Source: the human T2T-CHM13v2.0 reference genome, Homo sapiens. From it: 64,000 nucleotides of DNA. The stretch's first letter is position 1. Each line of letters begins with the position of its first letter. Under the pieces are notes generated by a model that worked only from the letters and a program-made list of their open reading frames with translations, searched no databases and was not told the origin of the DNA. The position numbers were made by a program, and so were the translations under genes. The stretch lies in the NCBI RefSeq assembly GCF_009914755.1, contig NC_060941.1. One strand, given 5' to 3'. This document shows, one piece after another, positions 1-16,630 of the stretch.

Positions 1-177
1 CTGAGACTGCAGTAACTGTCTTGTCCACTTGACAGGTATACCAGTGCCCTGTGTGGAACCAGCACATAGTAGGTGGGTAAAACAAGGGCAGATGAGGAGA
101 GTTCCAGGGCCGGCTGGTTTGGTGCAAGGAAAGGCTGCCAGATGCAATTGTAACTTCTTGGCCCTCTTCCTTGGGAC

Positions 178-470
<293 letters not shown>

Positions 471-489
471 CTTGGGACTCTTGAGTGGC

Positions 490-2005
490 ACTTGGTGATG
501 CTCACCACACCCTCCTTGGAATCCTCTTTTCTCTTGGCTTCTAGGATCCCATGTTCCTTGGTTTTCCTTCCTCTGTCCATCACTCCTTGGCCTCTGGAGG
601 TCATCTCCTCCCCCCCTTCCCAACTTCAAATTGTCTAACATTTCAGAACCATCTCTGCAGACCACTGGGAAATACACAAACCCAGCCTGGGCACCACACC
701 ACTCCATCCAGCTGCCTCCCCGGCCTGTTCCTAGACAGAACTGTTGATCTATCCTTATAAATATGCCATTCTTGGCTGGATGTGGTGGCTCACACCTGTA
801 ATCCTAGCATTTTTGGGAGGCTGAGGTGGGAGGACTGCTTGAGCCCATGAGTTTGAGACCAGCCTGGGCAACATAGGGAGAACCTGTCTTTACCAAAAAA
901 AAAAAAAAAAAATTAGCCGGTCATGGTGGCATATGCCTATAGTCCCAGCTACTCGGGAAGCTGAGGCAGGAGGATCACTTGAGCCCGAGTTTGAGACTGC
1001 AGTGAACTGTGATCACATCACTGTACTCCAGCCACCCTGGGTGACACAGCGAGACCCTGTCTCTAAAAACAAAAACAAAAGCAAATATGCCCCTCTCCCA
1101 ATCATCCCTGTCTCAGGAAATGAAATCCATCCTTCTTCCTAGGTGCCCTGTCCAGAAACCTGCCCTTCAATCCCTGTTCTCTTCTACATCCAGAACCTGC
1201 TCCATCCATAGGTCTTGTTGATTCTTCCTCCAAAATCCACTTCTAACTTGTCCCTTCTCTCCACACCACTGCCTGGCGGCCTTGTCCAGGCCACCTTTAT
1301 CTTTTGCCTGGACGAGTGCAGTTGCTTCCTGACTGCACACTGGGTTTCCATTCTTAACCTCTCTTAACCAGAGGGGGGCTTTTAAAAATATACCACTTTA
1401 GTGAGCCGAGATCATGCCACCGCACTCCAGCCTGGGAGACAGAGCAAGACTCCATCTCAAAAAAAAAAAACAAAAATACTGCTTTAGACCCCTCCACAAC
1501 CACCCACTCCTCTAAGGCCAGTGCCAGAATTCCTTTGAGGTCTGCCAAATGCCCAGGGCTACTGACCTCTCTGGTGGCCACTTGTGTCTCCCTTCCTTCC
1601 TAGTAACACCACCCTTCTCTCTGGGTTCCTCCAGAGTGCCAGGTTCCCATCCCCCGGGTCCTTTGCCCGTGCTGTCCCTTCTTCCAGAATATTCCCAGCT
1701 GCCCTCCCAATGCTTTACCTGGCCTGTTTCATTTCCCCTTTGGCCTTAGCTTAACCATCCATTCCCAGGAAGTCCCTTCTTTTCTGTCATTGCTCCCTGT
1801 TTGTTCTCTCCATTCCATGCTCCACAGATTACAAATCTCTGCTTCTATCTGTGTAGTTCTCTTGCTTCATCCTCTCTCCACCCCCCTTCTCATGCACGTT
1901 CCCTGAGGGCAGGAAAGGTAACTAACTTCTTCATGTCTGAATCCCAGAGATGGGTACAGTGCCTGACACCCAGCAAGTGCACCACACAGTTGGGCAGTGA
2001 ATAAG
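490..2005 (+). mobile_element. L2 LINE remnant interrupted by Alus
   Basis: Pyrimidine-rich L2 3' region ending CAGTGCCTGACAC...GTGAATAA. Confidence 0.65.
774..1082 (+). mobile_element. AluJ
   Basis: Full-length diverged Alu, TSD AAATATGCC. Confidence 0.92.
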
Positions 2006-2296
2006 AAAGAGCAGGTTCCCAGGCAGAGAGGGCAGTGGAGCCAGCCCTTGGGCACCTTTTAGGTGATTAAAACAGCTGCCTTTGACATCCTTTCCTCCCA
2101 AGATCCTGTGATTCTATGACCTTGCCCAGCCCACTATGCACAGGATCTCAGAATGGGGGCAGAGGGGTGCAAAAGCAAGGTGATGCCCTTCTGGAATTTT
2201 GTCAGATCCTTTCCATGTACATCGAAGCTGCCTATCCTGCCCATTCTGCAGAACAAAAGGCAGGTAGGTAGAGCCCAGGAAGGTGGAGATTCTAAA

Positions 2297-2496
2297 ACGG
2301 CTCTGTCCAACACAGCAGCCACTGGCCACTGCAGCTATTGTAAATGCAGCTGTTTAAATTACTTAGAATTAAATAAAACATTAGCATTCAGCTCACACTA
2401 GGCACTTTTCAAGTGCTTAGTAGCCAATGTGGCTAGTGGCTATTGCATTGGACAGCACATTTACATCATCCCAGAAAGTTCTATTGGACAGAGCTG
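2297..2496 (-). mobile_element. MER3-like hAT-Charlie DNA transposon fossil
   Basis: Terminal inverted CTGTCCAA repeats; TAGCCA..TGTGGCTAGTGGCTA palindromic core. Confidence 0.8.
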
Positions 2497-2929
2497 CTAT
2501 AAACAGGTCAAATTCCATTGACATTCTCCCCACCTCAACCTCAAGGAAACAGGCTGAGTGGAGTGAGGTGTAAACAAAACTCCATGGGTCCAGTTGTGAC
2601 CAAGGCTGACCAGGAGGGCACACTTGCTGCAGACACAGGTCTCCTCTCATTTCTCTCCACACCCTGACCAGCCGGATGGGAGCAGGAACTTGACAAGGAC
2701 CCCAAGGCATGTAAGCCTCAAACAGTATTCATGTGGCCCCAGAATGTGGGTCCCGAGCCTCCTCCCCGGGCTCCTGGGGGCCCCTTGCTTTGGGACCCCA
2801 CTAAGAGAAGTCCAGCACTCAGCAGACAGGGCCGGGCGCCCCCTGCTCTGACAGCCCTGGTGAGAAGGGGCTCCCCTGCACCTCTTCTCACGCATCCTCC
2901 CGGGGGCTGGGACGGGGAGGGCTGAGGAA

Positions 2930-3440
2930 CTTCCTCTGGGGGGCGCGCGGTGACAGAGCCCTCGGTGGGTCCCGCAGAGGCACTGAGCCTCCGCCCGCCC
3001 GTCCCGCCCGCTCCGGGAGGGGGCGTCCAGCCCGGCCTGGCGCCCCCGCCCCGTCCGCTCGCACTCACGGAGACACAGGAGCCACCATCTTGGGCGGTGG
3101 ACGCTCTGGCCGCGGTCTCCTTGGGCTCCACGGAGCGACAGCAGCCACTAGCGGCAACGGGGGCGAAGAGGCGCCAGCAGCCAGCGCCGGCCAGGGTCCC
3201 GGGCAGGGCGGGCGGCGCCCCCGGGGCTCACCTGGCCGCGCCCACCTGCGGCGCCTCCCGCCCAGCGCGCTCAGCCCGGCCCCGGCCCCACCCCCCAGCC
3301 CCTGCCGCCCCACGCGCGGCAGCAGGAGCCAGAGGCTAGACCGCAGGCAGCGCGGTGCCGGGGTTCATTCGGTCCGCGCATGTATCCGGGGTTCCTCGAG
3401 GGGCTCACAGCCTAAGCCACAGACAGGTAGAGCGCGGTAG
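2930..3440 (-). promoter_or_regulatory. C17orf113: CpG-island promoter nested in a ZNF385C intron, probably of C17orf113
   Basis: Very high CpG/GC; YY1-like AAGATGGTGGC; gene identity from recalled locus organisation, its CDS is outside the window. Confidence 0.65.
3069..3110 (-). other. C17orf113: Probable first exon of nested minus-strand gene (5' end approximate)
   Basis: CC|GTGAGT consensus donor at 3069/3068 inside the CpG island. Confidence 0.6.
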
Positions 3441-4834
3441 AGGCTGCAAAGTGTTCTGAGAGTTTGGAAGCAAGTGCTTTGGGATCACGAAGGAGCGGGC
3501 GACCAGCTGAAGGTCTGCAGGGCGGGTCAATTAGGGTTCGCAGCATTCTGGGTAAGTGAACTTTTACTAGGGGAAGGGCACTCCAGGCCGTGGGATGGCA
3601 GAGCAAGGATTCCTCTGGAAGTTGACAGGTCGCTGCAGGTTCATGAAGAATTGGGGTGGGTGGGGGCAGTGCCTGATGCTGGATGGCTCTAGGGGAATGC
3701 TGGGGATTTTGACCTTCCCACCTGGTGGGAAGCCTCCTCCGGAGGAGTTGGAACTGGGAAGCTTATTGTTTTAGCCTAGTGAGTTATTTGCAGTGGGGTT
3801 GACAGAGTGGGGAAGAGGGAGGGAGGTTGGCGTGACCTTTTTCTAAAACTCTGATACACAGCCGACCCTCATCCCGGTCTGCGTTACTCTGAGAGGTGAA
3901 TTGAGGAGCTTCCCTGCAAGAGGAATGTGCAGACGTGGAGGTGTGGAGTCCAGAGGCCTGGGATGGAGCTCCAGTTATATTTAACTCTGAGGCCTTGGAC
4001 TGGACACTTAGCTATGAGCCTGTTTCCTCATCTGTAAAGTGGGAATTACAACTTGGGGAGGAGGCTAGGGCAGGACAGAAATGGGTCTGAAGACCAAATG
4101 AGGTGCTAGGTGTGGAGGCCATTCAGAGAGGGGGCTGGCCTGCTGCTGTGGATCAAGGGCATGTCCAGACAATGACCCAGTCTCCCCTTCCAGACAGCAC
4201 AAAGTCACCCAGAAATGCCTTCCAGTCCCCTCACAATTGGGTACGCTGCTCTTCTGCAAAAGGCCTAGGGTGCATGTTGATTTGAGGTCCCAGCCCCACC
4301 AGTGGCTGCTGGGAACTCCTCTGCCCCAGCATCCTCCATGCAGCACTGCTCTGTGCCACCCACCGTCTGCCTCTGACATTCACTGTGAACCCCAGCCCCA
4401 GAGCTGCTGGGATGGAGCGCGAATCACATGCACACACACGTGTGGCCGCCTGACTCCTGGCTACACTCAAATGAAGGGAGATGTTGCAGCCCCCACAGCT
4501 GCCCCCGAGTGGCACCACACAGCCCTCAGGTCTAGAATTCTGCACCCTGAAAGGGTCAGGTTGGGGGTAGGTCTTCTTGGATGGCATTTTGCTGCGGAAC
4601 AGCCACCTTAAGTGTCTTGGAGCAGCCATGGCTCATTAGCTAACTGCCTCAAGAGGGTGGGGTGTGGTCAGAGGTATGAGCAAGCCAGACCAGTACAGAA
4701 GAAGAGGCTGCCCCCAAAGGTCCAACCGAGGCTGGGGCAGGGCACAGAGCAGAAATCTTATGAAATAACATCACCCTGGCTGCCACCAAGGGAGAAGATC
4801 TGGGAAAACCACATCCTGCTATTTTGCCATAATG

Positions 4835-5300
4835 GGAAAAGACAGACAGACAGACACACACACACGAGCACAGAGACACACAACCTGAGGCCCATATCAC
4901 CCATGGATAGTGGCAGGTTTAGACATCAAGGCACATACATACATACCTCCCCCCACACTTAGACCATGTATTCTATCTACACACGAGATGTGTATACATA
5001 TGGAGGTGGTACTGATGCCAAGATACACAGATACCCATGCTGGCTGGGAGGCAAAGGCAGGCACACTGGCCACACAAGAGCATGCATGCATACACAGATG
5101 GGCACGAGCAACAAAGACATATTTGTGTATACATATACCCAGAGAGACAGATGCACATGAACGTACAGACTCCTACAAATGCAGTTACAGACCATGGACA
5201 GCAATGGGCACACAGTGGCACACACCTTCACAAAGATAGATGCATGTACACAAAGAGCCATATGCAGATGCAGAGACCGGTGTGCACACACACTCCCCTT
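4835..5300. repeat. Degenerate CA/TACA-rich low-complexity region
   Basis: Alternating purine-pyrimidine (cacac, tacat, atgca) enrichment. Confidence 0.7.
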
Positions 5301-7080
5301 ACAAAGTTAAATGCATCGGAGTTAAAAGAGCATATCTCCAAACAGAGTCTCTCTCCCACTCTTTCCCCATCCCCCTACCCCCAAGTCACGGGGCAGACAA
5401 TAGGGTCCTCCCAGAAGCACATGCCTGCACACAACACATCTCAAATAATGACACTGCCATTTCTATCATGGATAAAAACCCAAACTCTGCGAAGAATATG
5501 GGAGTCCAGGGGAGAGAGAGCCAAAGTGGAGAGTGAGAGGTTGAGCCAAGACCCACTGCGTGCCCACTCCCACCATGGCCAGGGGGTTCCTCCCCACATT
5601 CTCCAGAGCCCCCAAGCCACTTCTGGGTCATCTAGCACTCAGGATGTGCAGACTGCCCCCAAGCTGGAGGAAGACTCCAAAGCCCAATCACAACATAAAC
5701 TCTGCCCCCAGTCGCACTGCCTCCAGGCCTTTGCCCCCAAGGAAAGGGTTCCCCCAAATAGCCTTTGATGGGTGATGGCTGTCTCCCTCAAAAAAGGCCA
5801 GGCAACCGTCTGTGTGGAGAGGTGAGCTGGGAGACCACAGATAAAGAGGGGGAGGGGAGCATTGATTTGGACCCCAGTGCAGTGGCTGGATCTCAGGGAG
5901 GAGGCACCCTGATTTCTGTCCCCGTCTGTCTGCTTCCCTCTCTTTCTGTGCTGCAGTAACAGCTCTCTCTTCACTCCCCTCGGACGTCTCCCCCTCCCCT
6001 GGCCCCTCAGAGGCAGTTAAAGGTGAGGTCTGATACAAGGAACCTTTGACATGGGCTCCCTGGACAGGCATCTGCTCAGATGTCCAGCACCCCTGTTTCC
6101 CGCAGGGTGGACCTCCAGCTCCCCAGCATTCCTACCCTTTCTTTCACCTTTGTTCTCGGCCAGAGTGGGGGCTTCCCTGCCCAGCTCTGCACCTGGGAAA
6201 AGGGTTGAGAGTAACTGGCTACTGGTGTCTCTGAGAGACAACTTTTGGGGGCCAACTATAGCAGGAAAGGATTGGGCTGGGGAGAGGGGAGAGGACCACC
6301 CTCACCTAAGCCCTCTCCCCACTTCCCAGCCCGGGCGTCATCAGCACTCACCCAAGAGCATTCTCTGCCTTTGGAGGCACCACCGCGGAGTGCAGAACGA
6401 GGAGCAAATGAAACCCAGCCAGAGTGACAGAGGGAAGGGGGGGATGTGAGGGACAGGAGGGGAGGGCGCGAGGGAGGGACTCCTGGTTCTGCCTGGAAAG
6501 CAGCGTCGTTCCTGGGCCCTGTCTCTCTTTGCCAGGAAGGAGCTGCCCATTCTCTGGTTTCCCCCATCCCAACCACAGGTGGAAAGAACAGGGCATGTTC
6601 TTCCCCCAGGGGAGAAGTGTGGGGGCAAATGTGCAGACCAAGAACTGGGGGAGGATATCGGGGAGCATCCCTCACCCCCTACTCACAGAGGATTCCCTTG
6701 CCTGGGGCCTCTTACACTGAAGTGAAGGGTTGGAAGGACTGACTTTGTCCACAGGGACCTCCAGGGAAGGAGGAGCTGCTGGTCCTGCTCTGCCTGCTGG
6801 ATGGCTCTTGCCACCCTCTTGCCTCAGGACTTGCTGCTGCAGGAGCCCGTTTTCCTGCCCAGCCTCACTCATCCTCTCCTCACCATCCCCTTATGTTTAA
6901 CTGCTGTTGCTGAAGAGGAAACTGAGCCTCAGAGAGGTGTTGCCACTTTATCAAAGAGCACTGGCCATGCAGGGTTTGGGGAGCAGGGATCCAGGTGTCT
7001 TGCCACTGTTAGTCTGGCACCTGGACCCTTGGATCTGCTATCTGGGCGATGCCAGGAAGGAGAGGAGGGAGTTTATCTGA

Positions 7081-7395
<315 letters not shown>

Positions 7396-8992
7396 GATCC
7401 ACTACAACTCCTGACACCCCTCCCATGCCCACCCAAGATCCCCCAGCCCCATTCTTCTCCTCTCCATTCACTCCTTCCTCTCCCTCCTCTTCCTAAAAGC
7501 TGGCTCTTTACCGACCTGAGCACCTGGTGGCTGGGAGGGGGTGGAGTGGGGGAAGGAGGCAGCCAGCCCACAGCTGGATCCAGTCCTACATCCAAGCCCA
7601 GGTCCCGATGCTAGCCCGCAACCCGCTCAGCATCCTGTCTCCACCAGACAATAACCTGTAATCTCTGGAGCAGCCAACATTCACAAAGAAGATCTGGGAG
7701 GGGTTGGCAGCGGCAGCTCCTGAAAACAGGTTTGTTAGGAAGGGGCTCTGGGGGGAGGAGTTGTTTGTGTGGGGAGAGGAAGGAAACTCAAGCCCAGAGC
7801 TAATTAACCCACCCAGAGACACAGACAGAATCTTTGTCTTCTTCCAGGGCAGGGATCTGAGCTAAGCCCCCTAATTCTCTACCCAGACAGCCTTGCTTTT
7901 CCTGGTGGTCCTGGGGGAGGGGGATGCCAATGGTCAGGGTCACACCTGGGGGAGGGGGATGTGATGACATTCGGGAAGAGCGTGGGGCACTTCTGTCACC
8001 TGCCACCAAGGGAGAATAGCAGCAGGAGGCAGAGGCAGGTCAGACTGCAAGAAGAACTTCTCAGTGGCCTTGGGGGAGCACAGTTTCTTTGCAGCATGCA
8101 CCCAAAGGCCTCAGTATGTGTGTGGGAGGCCGTGACTGGGGAGAAAACGGCAACCCAGGGAGATACCGAAGGATGGGAGACAGGCTGGAGGGCTTCCGGG
8201 GCCTCCTGATGGGACTGAAATTAATCCATCTGCAGGGAGTGGGGGTGAGAAGCTCATCAAGCCAGTGACTCAGGCGTGACTTGAGCTCAAGGTCTTTGAT
8301 CTCTGGGGCCCAGGATGCAGCCAGAGGCTTCTGCAGTCAAAGACTTGGAAAGGGGATGGAGGGACCGATTCAAACAGGAGCTAGGGGAGGTCTGAGGATG
8401 CAGAGTAGGGGAGCCTAGATTTGGCCTGCCACTCTTACCACTACCCCTCTCCCGCTGGAAGGCACAGGGACATGTAGTGTAGCTGCAGCCTTCTTGGCCC
8501 TGAAATCCACTATAGTCTGACTCGATCTCTGCTAACCTGTCCCCCGTACTGTCTACCTTGCACTCCCTGACTAAGGTTCTTCAGGCCATTTCAGCAAGCC
8601 AGAGCTTAAGTCATTTCAGAAATGCCCTCCTCTCCCCTCTTGTGTCATGTTGCAATGGATGCCATGGGGCAGGCCCACTCTGAATTGGATGACTGGGTTC
8701 TTTCTACCAAGAGACAAGGGAGGGACTGGTTGACCTTAAGAAGCTAGTCTCCCCATCCCTAGCCAGATGGCTGGCATCTCCCCATTTTTCAGTTGAGCAC
8801 ACCAAGGGACAGGGCAGAGGAGTGGCCATGGGTCCCGAGCATTTGTGGAATCATCTGTTGGGACAGCCTGCCCTCTCTGGGCCATACTCCTCCCCATTCT
8901 CAAACATGGCTCAGTTGCTCCTAATATATGCTGTTCTCCTCAGCAGGGCATCAGAGAGGAGTGTGAGATAGAATTTAGAGCCAGAAACCTGG

Positions 8993-9670
8993 GGCTGGGT
9001 GCAAGGGCTCACACCTGTAATTCCAGCACTTTGGGAGGCTGAGGTGGGAGGATTGCTTGGGGCCAAGAGTTTGAGACCAGCCTGGGCAACATAGCAAGAC
9101 CTTGTGATATGGTTTGGCTGTGTCCCCATCCAAATCTCATCTTGAATTGTAGCTCCCATAATTCCCTCATGTTGTGGGAGGGATCCAGTGGGAGATGACT
9201 ATCATGGGGGCAGTTTCCCCCATACAGTTCTCATGGTACTGAAAAAGTCTCACGAGATCTGATGGGTTTATGAGGGGAAACCCCTTTCACTTGGCTGTCA
9301 TTCTTTTGTCTGCCACCATGTGAGACGTGCCTTTCACCTTCCGTCATGACTGTGAGGCCTCCCCAGCCATGTGGAACTGTGAATCCATTAAACCTCTTTC
9401 TTTTGTAAACTGCCCAGTCTCTGGTATGTCTTTATCAGCAGCATGAAAATGGACTAATACACCCTATCTCTACAAAACTTTTTAAAAATAAAAAAAAATT
9501 TAGCCAGGCATGATGGTACATGCCTGTAGTCACAGCTACTTAGAAGGCCGAGGGAGGAGGACTGCTTGAGCCCAGGAGGTAAAAGATGCAGTGAGCTATG
9601 ATTGTGCCAGGTACTCCAGCCTGGGCAACAGAACAAGACGTTGTCTCAATAAACAAAACAAAACAAAACA
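8993..9670 (+). mobile_element. AluJ split by THE1 LTR (8993-9104 and 9462-9670)
   Basis: Alu consensus continuous across the LTR. Confidence 0.9.
9105..9461 (+). mobile_element. THE1 (MaLR) solo LTR nested inside an AluJ
   Basis: TGATATGGTTTGGCTGTGTCCCC ... GGACTAATACA termini; Alu sequence resumes after it. Confidence 0.92.
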
Positions 9671-10006
9671 GAGTCAGAAACCTAGGACCCAAACCCAGCT
9701 GTGTGGCCTTGGGTGTTACCTAATCTCCCTGAGCCCCACTCTCCCAGTTTATAAAGTGAGACTGAATGTCATCATCCGTGCCTAGGATGGCTGGGTGAGG
9801 AGGAAATGCCATGCTGCAGGTGCAAGTGCTTTGTTCAGCTCCTAAGCAGATCCTCTGTGTGGGGCTGGGGGTAGGTCATTGCTCCTTGCCCAGCTGTCCC
9901 CCGATGCCCTGTGCTGGCTCAACATCTGTATCAGAGGTTAGTGCGAGGGGACAGCAAACCTCTGTCTCTTTGCAGTTGTCAGAGAATCACTTAAAGTTAT
10001 TTAGGG

Positions 10007-10054
<48 letters not shown>
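10007..10054. repeat. (TG)n microsatellite
   Basis: Visible dinucleotide run. Confidence 0.97.
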
Positions 10055-10056
<2 letters not shown>

Positions 10057-10178
10057 TGGTCCATAGGGTCATGGAGTTCAGCCTTCTTCTGGGGAAGGTC
10101 CCTGTGCCACACCCCCATTGGGAGGAGAGGCAAGGGGGTGAAAGAAGGCTCAAGATGCATTCCTGAAGAATGAAAGAG

Positions 10179-10610
<432 letters not shown>

Positions 10611-11114
10611 TCAGTGCTGGGAGTAAGAATTCCAGGAGCCAGATACTGCTGAGGAAGGAGGCCTCTGACTGAGATCTTGGTGAGGAGGCTCAGAGAGGGG
10701 AGAACCACCCCCCAGTCTCCCTCCCACAGATGGCCTCAGGGGATGTGAGCAGGAGAGGGTCCCTGCCTTACTGCCTGTAACCACCTGTCACTGTGGAAGC
10801 CTCCAGCCCTGCAGGCCCCTAATCAAAGCGACAGCTCCCACGGAAAAGTGCCCCTCCTGGCTGCCAGAGGCCCGAGACCTCGTGTCTCAATCTGGCATGG
10901 CGCCCCGGACACTGAGTGCCTAGGACCAATGCAGCGCATTCAAGGCTGCCCACACTTAGCCTCAGCCTCCCTGGAATGGCTGTGGCCCTCTGCATTTTCC
11001 CCAGGGAGCCTCCACCAGGGAGCTCCACCCTAAGGGCTCTCTGCTTTGTGGAGAGGGGCACACTGGCCTAGTCCCCACCTGGGCAGAGCTGGAAGAGGCA
11101 TCCAGGGCGGCTGA

Positions 11115-14134
<3,020 letters not shown>

Positions 14135-15323
14135 TGAAATAATTGGGTGGGGAGGAGCTGGTCCCAGTCACCAGAGCACCCTGGCCTTTGCTTATGCCGT
14201 GACCTCTGCCTGTAATGCCCCTACTCCCCTCATCCATGTTCCGAGGCTCAGCCCCCTCTTCCTTCAGGAGACTTTCCTGCTGCCCCCAGGGACTGCAGCT
14301 TTGCCTTTGTGCCCTGAGGGTATGTCCCATGTGGCAACCACAACCCTTATCCCTTTTCACATGTGTCTCCACCCAAAAGACCCACTCAATCTTGGGGAGG
14401 GTGGTAAGCAGAGAGATTGGATCTTACTTGTCTCTGGCCTACAGGATTGTGTGTGTGGAGCAGGGGACACAGTGGGTGCCCCATGAATATCACCAAAAGA
14501 GAAGACAGCCCTCAAGAGGGTGTCTGAGGTCAGAGTGTAGCCTCCGGCAAAACTGCCAGCCTGGGCTGCAAGGTAGGTTTCTGTTGGCCTCCCCCAGGAG
14601 CCAGGGGTAAGTTCCTGCCTTTCCCACCTCCCCACACTGAGCCTGAATGTGAATCTGTTTGCTCTGCCAACAGCAGCCTGGGTGGTTCTTACTTTCCCTA
14701 TGGCCCCTGTGCACCTGTCAGCTAGAATCACCCTCATGGAGGCATTCACCCATTTCCCCCAGAAATCTGCCTTGCAGCCAGCTGCCCCTTCCAAGCTCAT
14801 AGCCAAACCTCTGCAAAGTCACCCCAGCTAGGGAGAAGCAGAAATCCTGGCCAGGAGTCCAAAGGAAGAGGGGCCTCCCCCTTGTCCCTGGGTTGGAGTG
14901 CTGTGTACCTTGCTGACCTTGGCCTTCAGAGACCACAGACCTGAGCTGGAGCCTGGGACCCCCACCCCGCAGATGAGGCCCTTGTCTGAAAGCCTGTGGC
15001 TACCAGGAGGCTCCAGGCTGGAGAAGTGCTGCTTAGGAGTCCTGATCCCAAAAGATCCCACAGGGAGAGTTCCCTAGAAACAAAGACCCAAGAGGCGGCC
15101 TAAGGACCCACAGATTCCGAGAGGTCCTACAGAAGGGTTGTCCAGATGCAGAATAAAACTTGCTGGCATCGGGGGGGCTTCAGACCCTAAGACCCCATTG
15201 AGGGCACCCCAGACGCAAAGACCCCCATGGAGGGAGGCCACAGACCCAGAGCCCCTCAGAGGGGCCCAGACAGAGATACTCCCCAAACCAAATTTGTGGG
15301 AGCAGCGTCCCCTCTACACTGAC

Positions 15324-15573
15324 CTGGCCCTGAGGGGCTCTTCCCCAAGCTGAGCTGCCGAAGCCGCCTCTGGTGGGCCCGCCCCCCACAGTGCACCTGG
15401 GCCTGGGCCGCCGAGTTCAGCTGGATGTTGCAGACATCACAGAGCGTGTACGATGGCCGCTTTCTTTCTCGCTTGGGCTTAGGTGGTTCTGGGGGCCGAG
15501 GGAGGCACTCAGCAGCTCCAGATATGGGGGTCTCCTTCTCAGCCGGTGGGGGTGGGCTCAGTGGCCGCTTCAT
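15324..15573 (-). CDS. ZNF385C: ZNF385C first coding exon (exon 15324-15575): MKRPLSPPPP...CDVCNIQLNSAAQAQVHCGGRAH...SGP, matrin/U1-type C2H2 zinc finger
   Basis: C-x2-C-x12-H-x5-H finger resembling ZNF385 family (CEVCNIQLNSAAQAQVH); pyrimidine tract + AG at 15577-15576; donor GTCAGT at 15323; basic patch KPKRERKRP. Confidence 0.93.
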
Positions 15574-15769
15574 ATCTGAGTGGATAGAGAGGGAGATGAA
15601 TGAACGCCAAATGGTTGCGAATTCTTAGAGAGAGCAGGAGGGGCTCAAGACCGGGAGACACGGGGCTCTGTATCCTCTGTATCCCTCTGAAATGCCCCAG
15701 CCCGAGGATGGTGGAAGGGCGCATAATGGGGTCTATTTCAAGCAAAGCAGCATTAAAACTTGGGACTCT

Positions 15770-16090
15770 TGGCTGTGGCTCACGCCTGTAATCCCAGCAC
15801 TTTGGGAGGCCAAGGCGGGCAGGTCACCTGAGGTCAGGAGTTTGACACCAGCCTGACCAACATGGTGAAACCCTGTCTCTACTAAAAATACATAATTTGC
15901 TGGGCATGGTGGCGCATGCCTGTAATCCCAGCTACTCAGGAGGCTGATGCAGGAGAATCACTTGAACCCGGGAGGCGGAGGTTGCAGTGAGCCAAGATCG
16001 GGTGTCATTGCACTCCAGCTTCCACAACAAGAGCAAAACTCCATTTCAGAAAGAAAAAACAAACAAAAAACAAAAACAAAAACAAAAAAA
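15770..16090 (+). mobile_element. AluS
   Basis: TSD AAACTTGGGACT. Confidence 0.95.
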
Positions 16091-16574
16091 CTTGGGACTT
16101 TCTGGAAGGGTGTCCGACATGTCTACACACGGGGAGGCCAAGACACCTGGGGACTCGGAGGGCCGCAGAACATATCTCAGAGAGGCGGACTGGGGTCTTG
16201 GAGGAAAGGTGGTCACTGAGGGAGAGGCAGTGGCAAGGCCAGCTGAGTCACATTTGAGGAAGCGAGAGTCCTGTTCTCAGCTCTACAGCAAGCGCTGGCA
16301 ATCCTGTGACAGCCAGGCATGTGGCGCTTACTGGAGACGCAGCAGCCGCCAGCCAAAAACACAACCTTCCTGTGCCCTGCACCCAGCAGGGTGACATTCA
16401 CAAATGGTGACAGTGTGTGAAGCCATCCCAACCCCTGCTCCACGTGGCTCCAGATGCCCCCTGCTGTCTTGGCAACCGAGGCCGAGGCAACAGTTGGTGG
16501 TTTCGGTAGAGACCTGAGCCTTGCTGCCTGGGTCGGCTGAAGACAGCGCCCCTGCCCCTGCCCTGTCCCCCAAC

Positions 16575-16583
16575 GCGCGCACA

Positions 16584-16628
<45 letters not shown>
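16575..16628. repeat. (CA)n microsatellite
   Basis: Visible dinucleotide run. Confidence 0.97.

Positions 16629-16630
<2 letters not shown>

Noticed and set aside
2718-3440. Overlapping Pro/Ala/Arg/Gly-rich ORFs at the CpG island (also at ~25 kb and ~51 kb)
   Set aside because: Expected from stop-codon scarcity in GC-rich DNA
5037-5768. 243-aa plus-strand ORF
   Set aside because: Lies largely in degenerate CA-rich low-complexity DNA; His/Thr/Gln bias, no domain, no splice support
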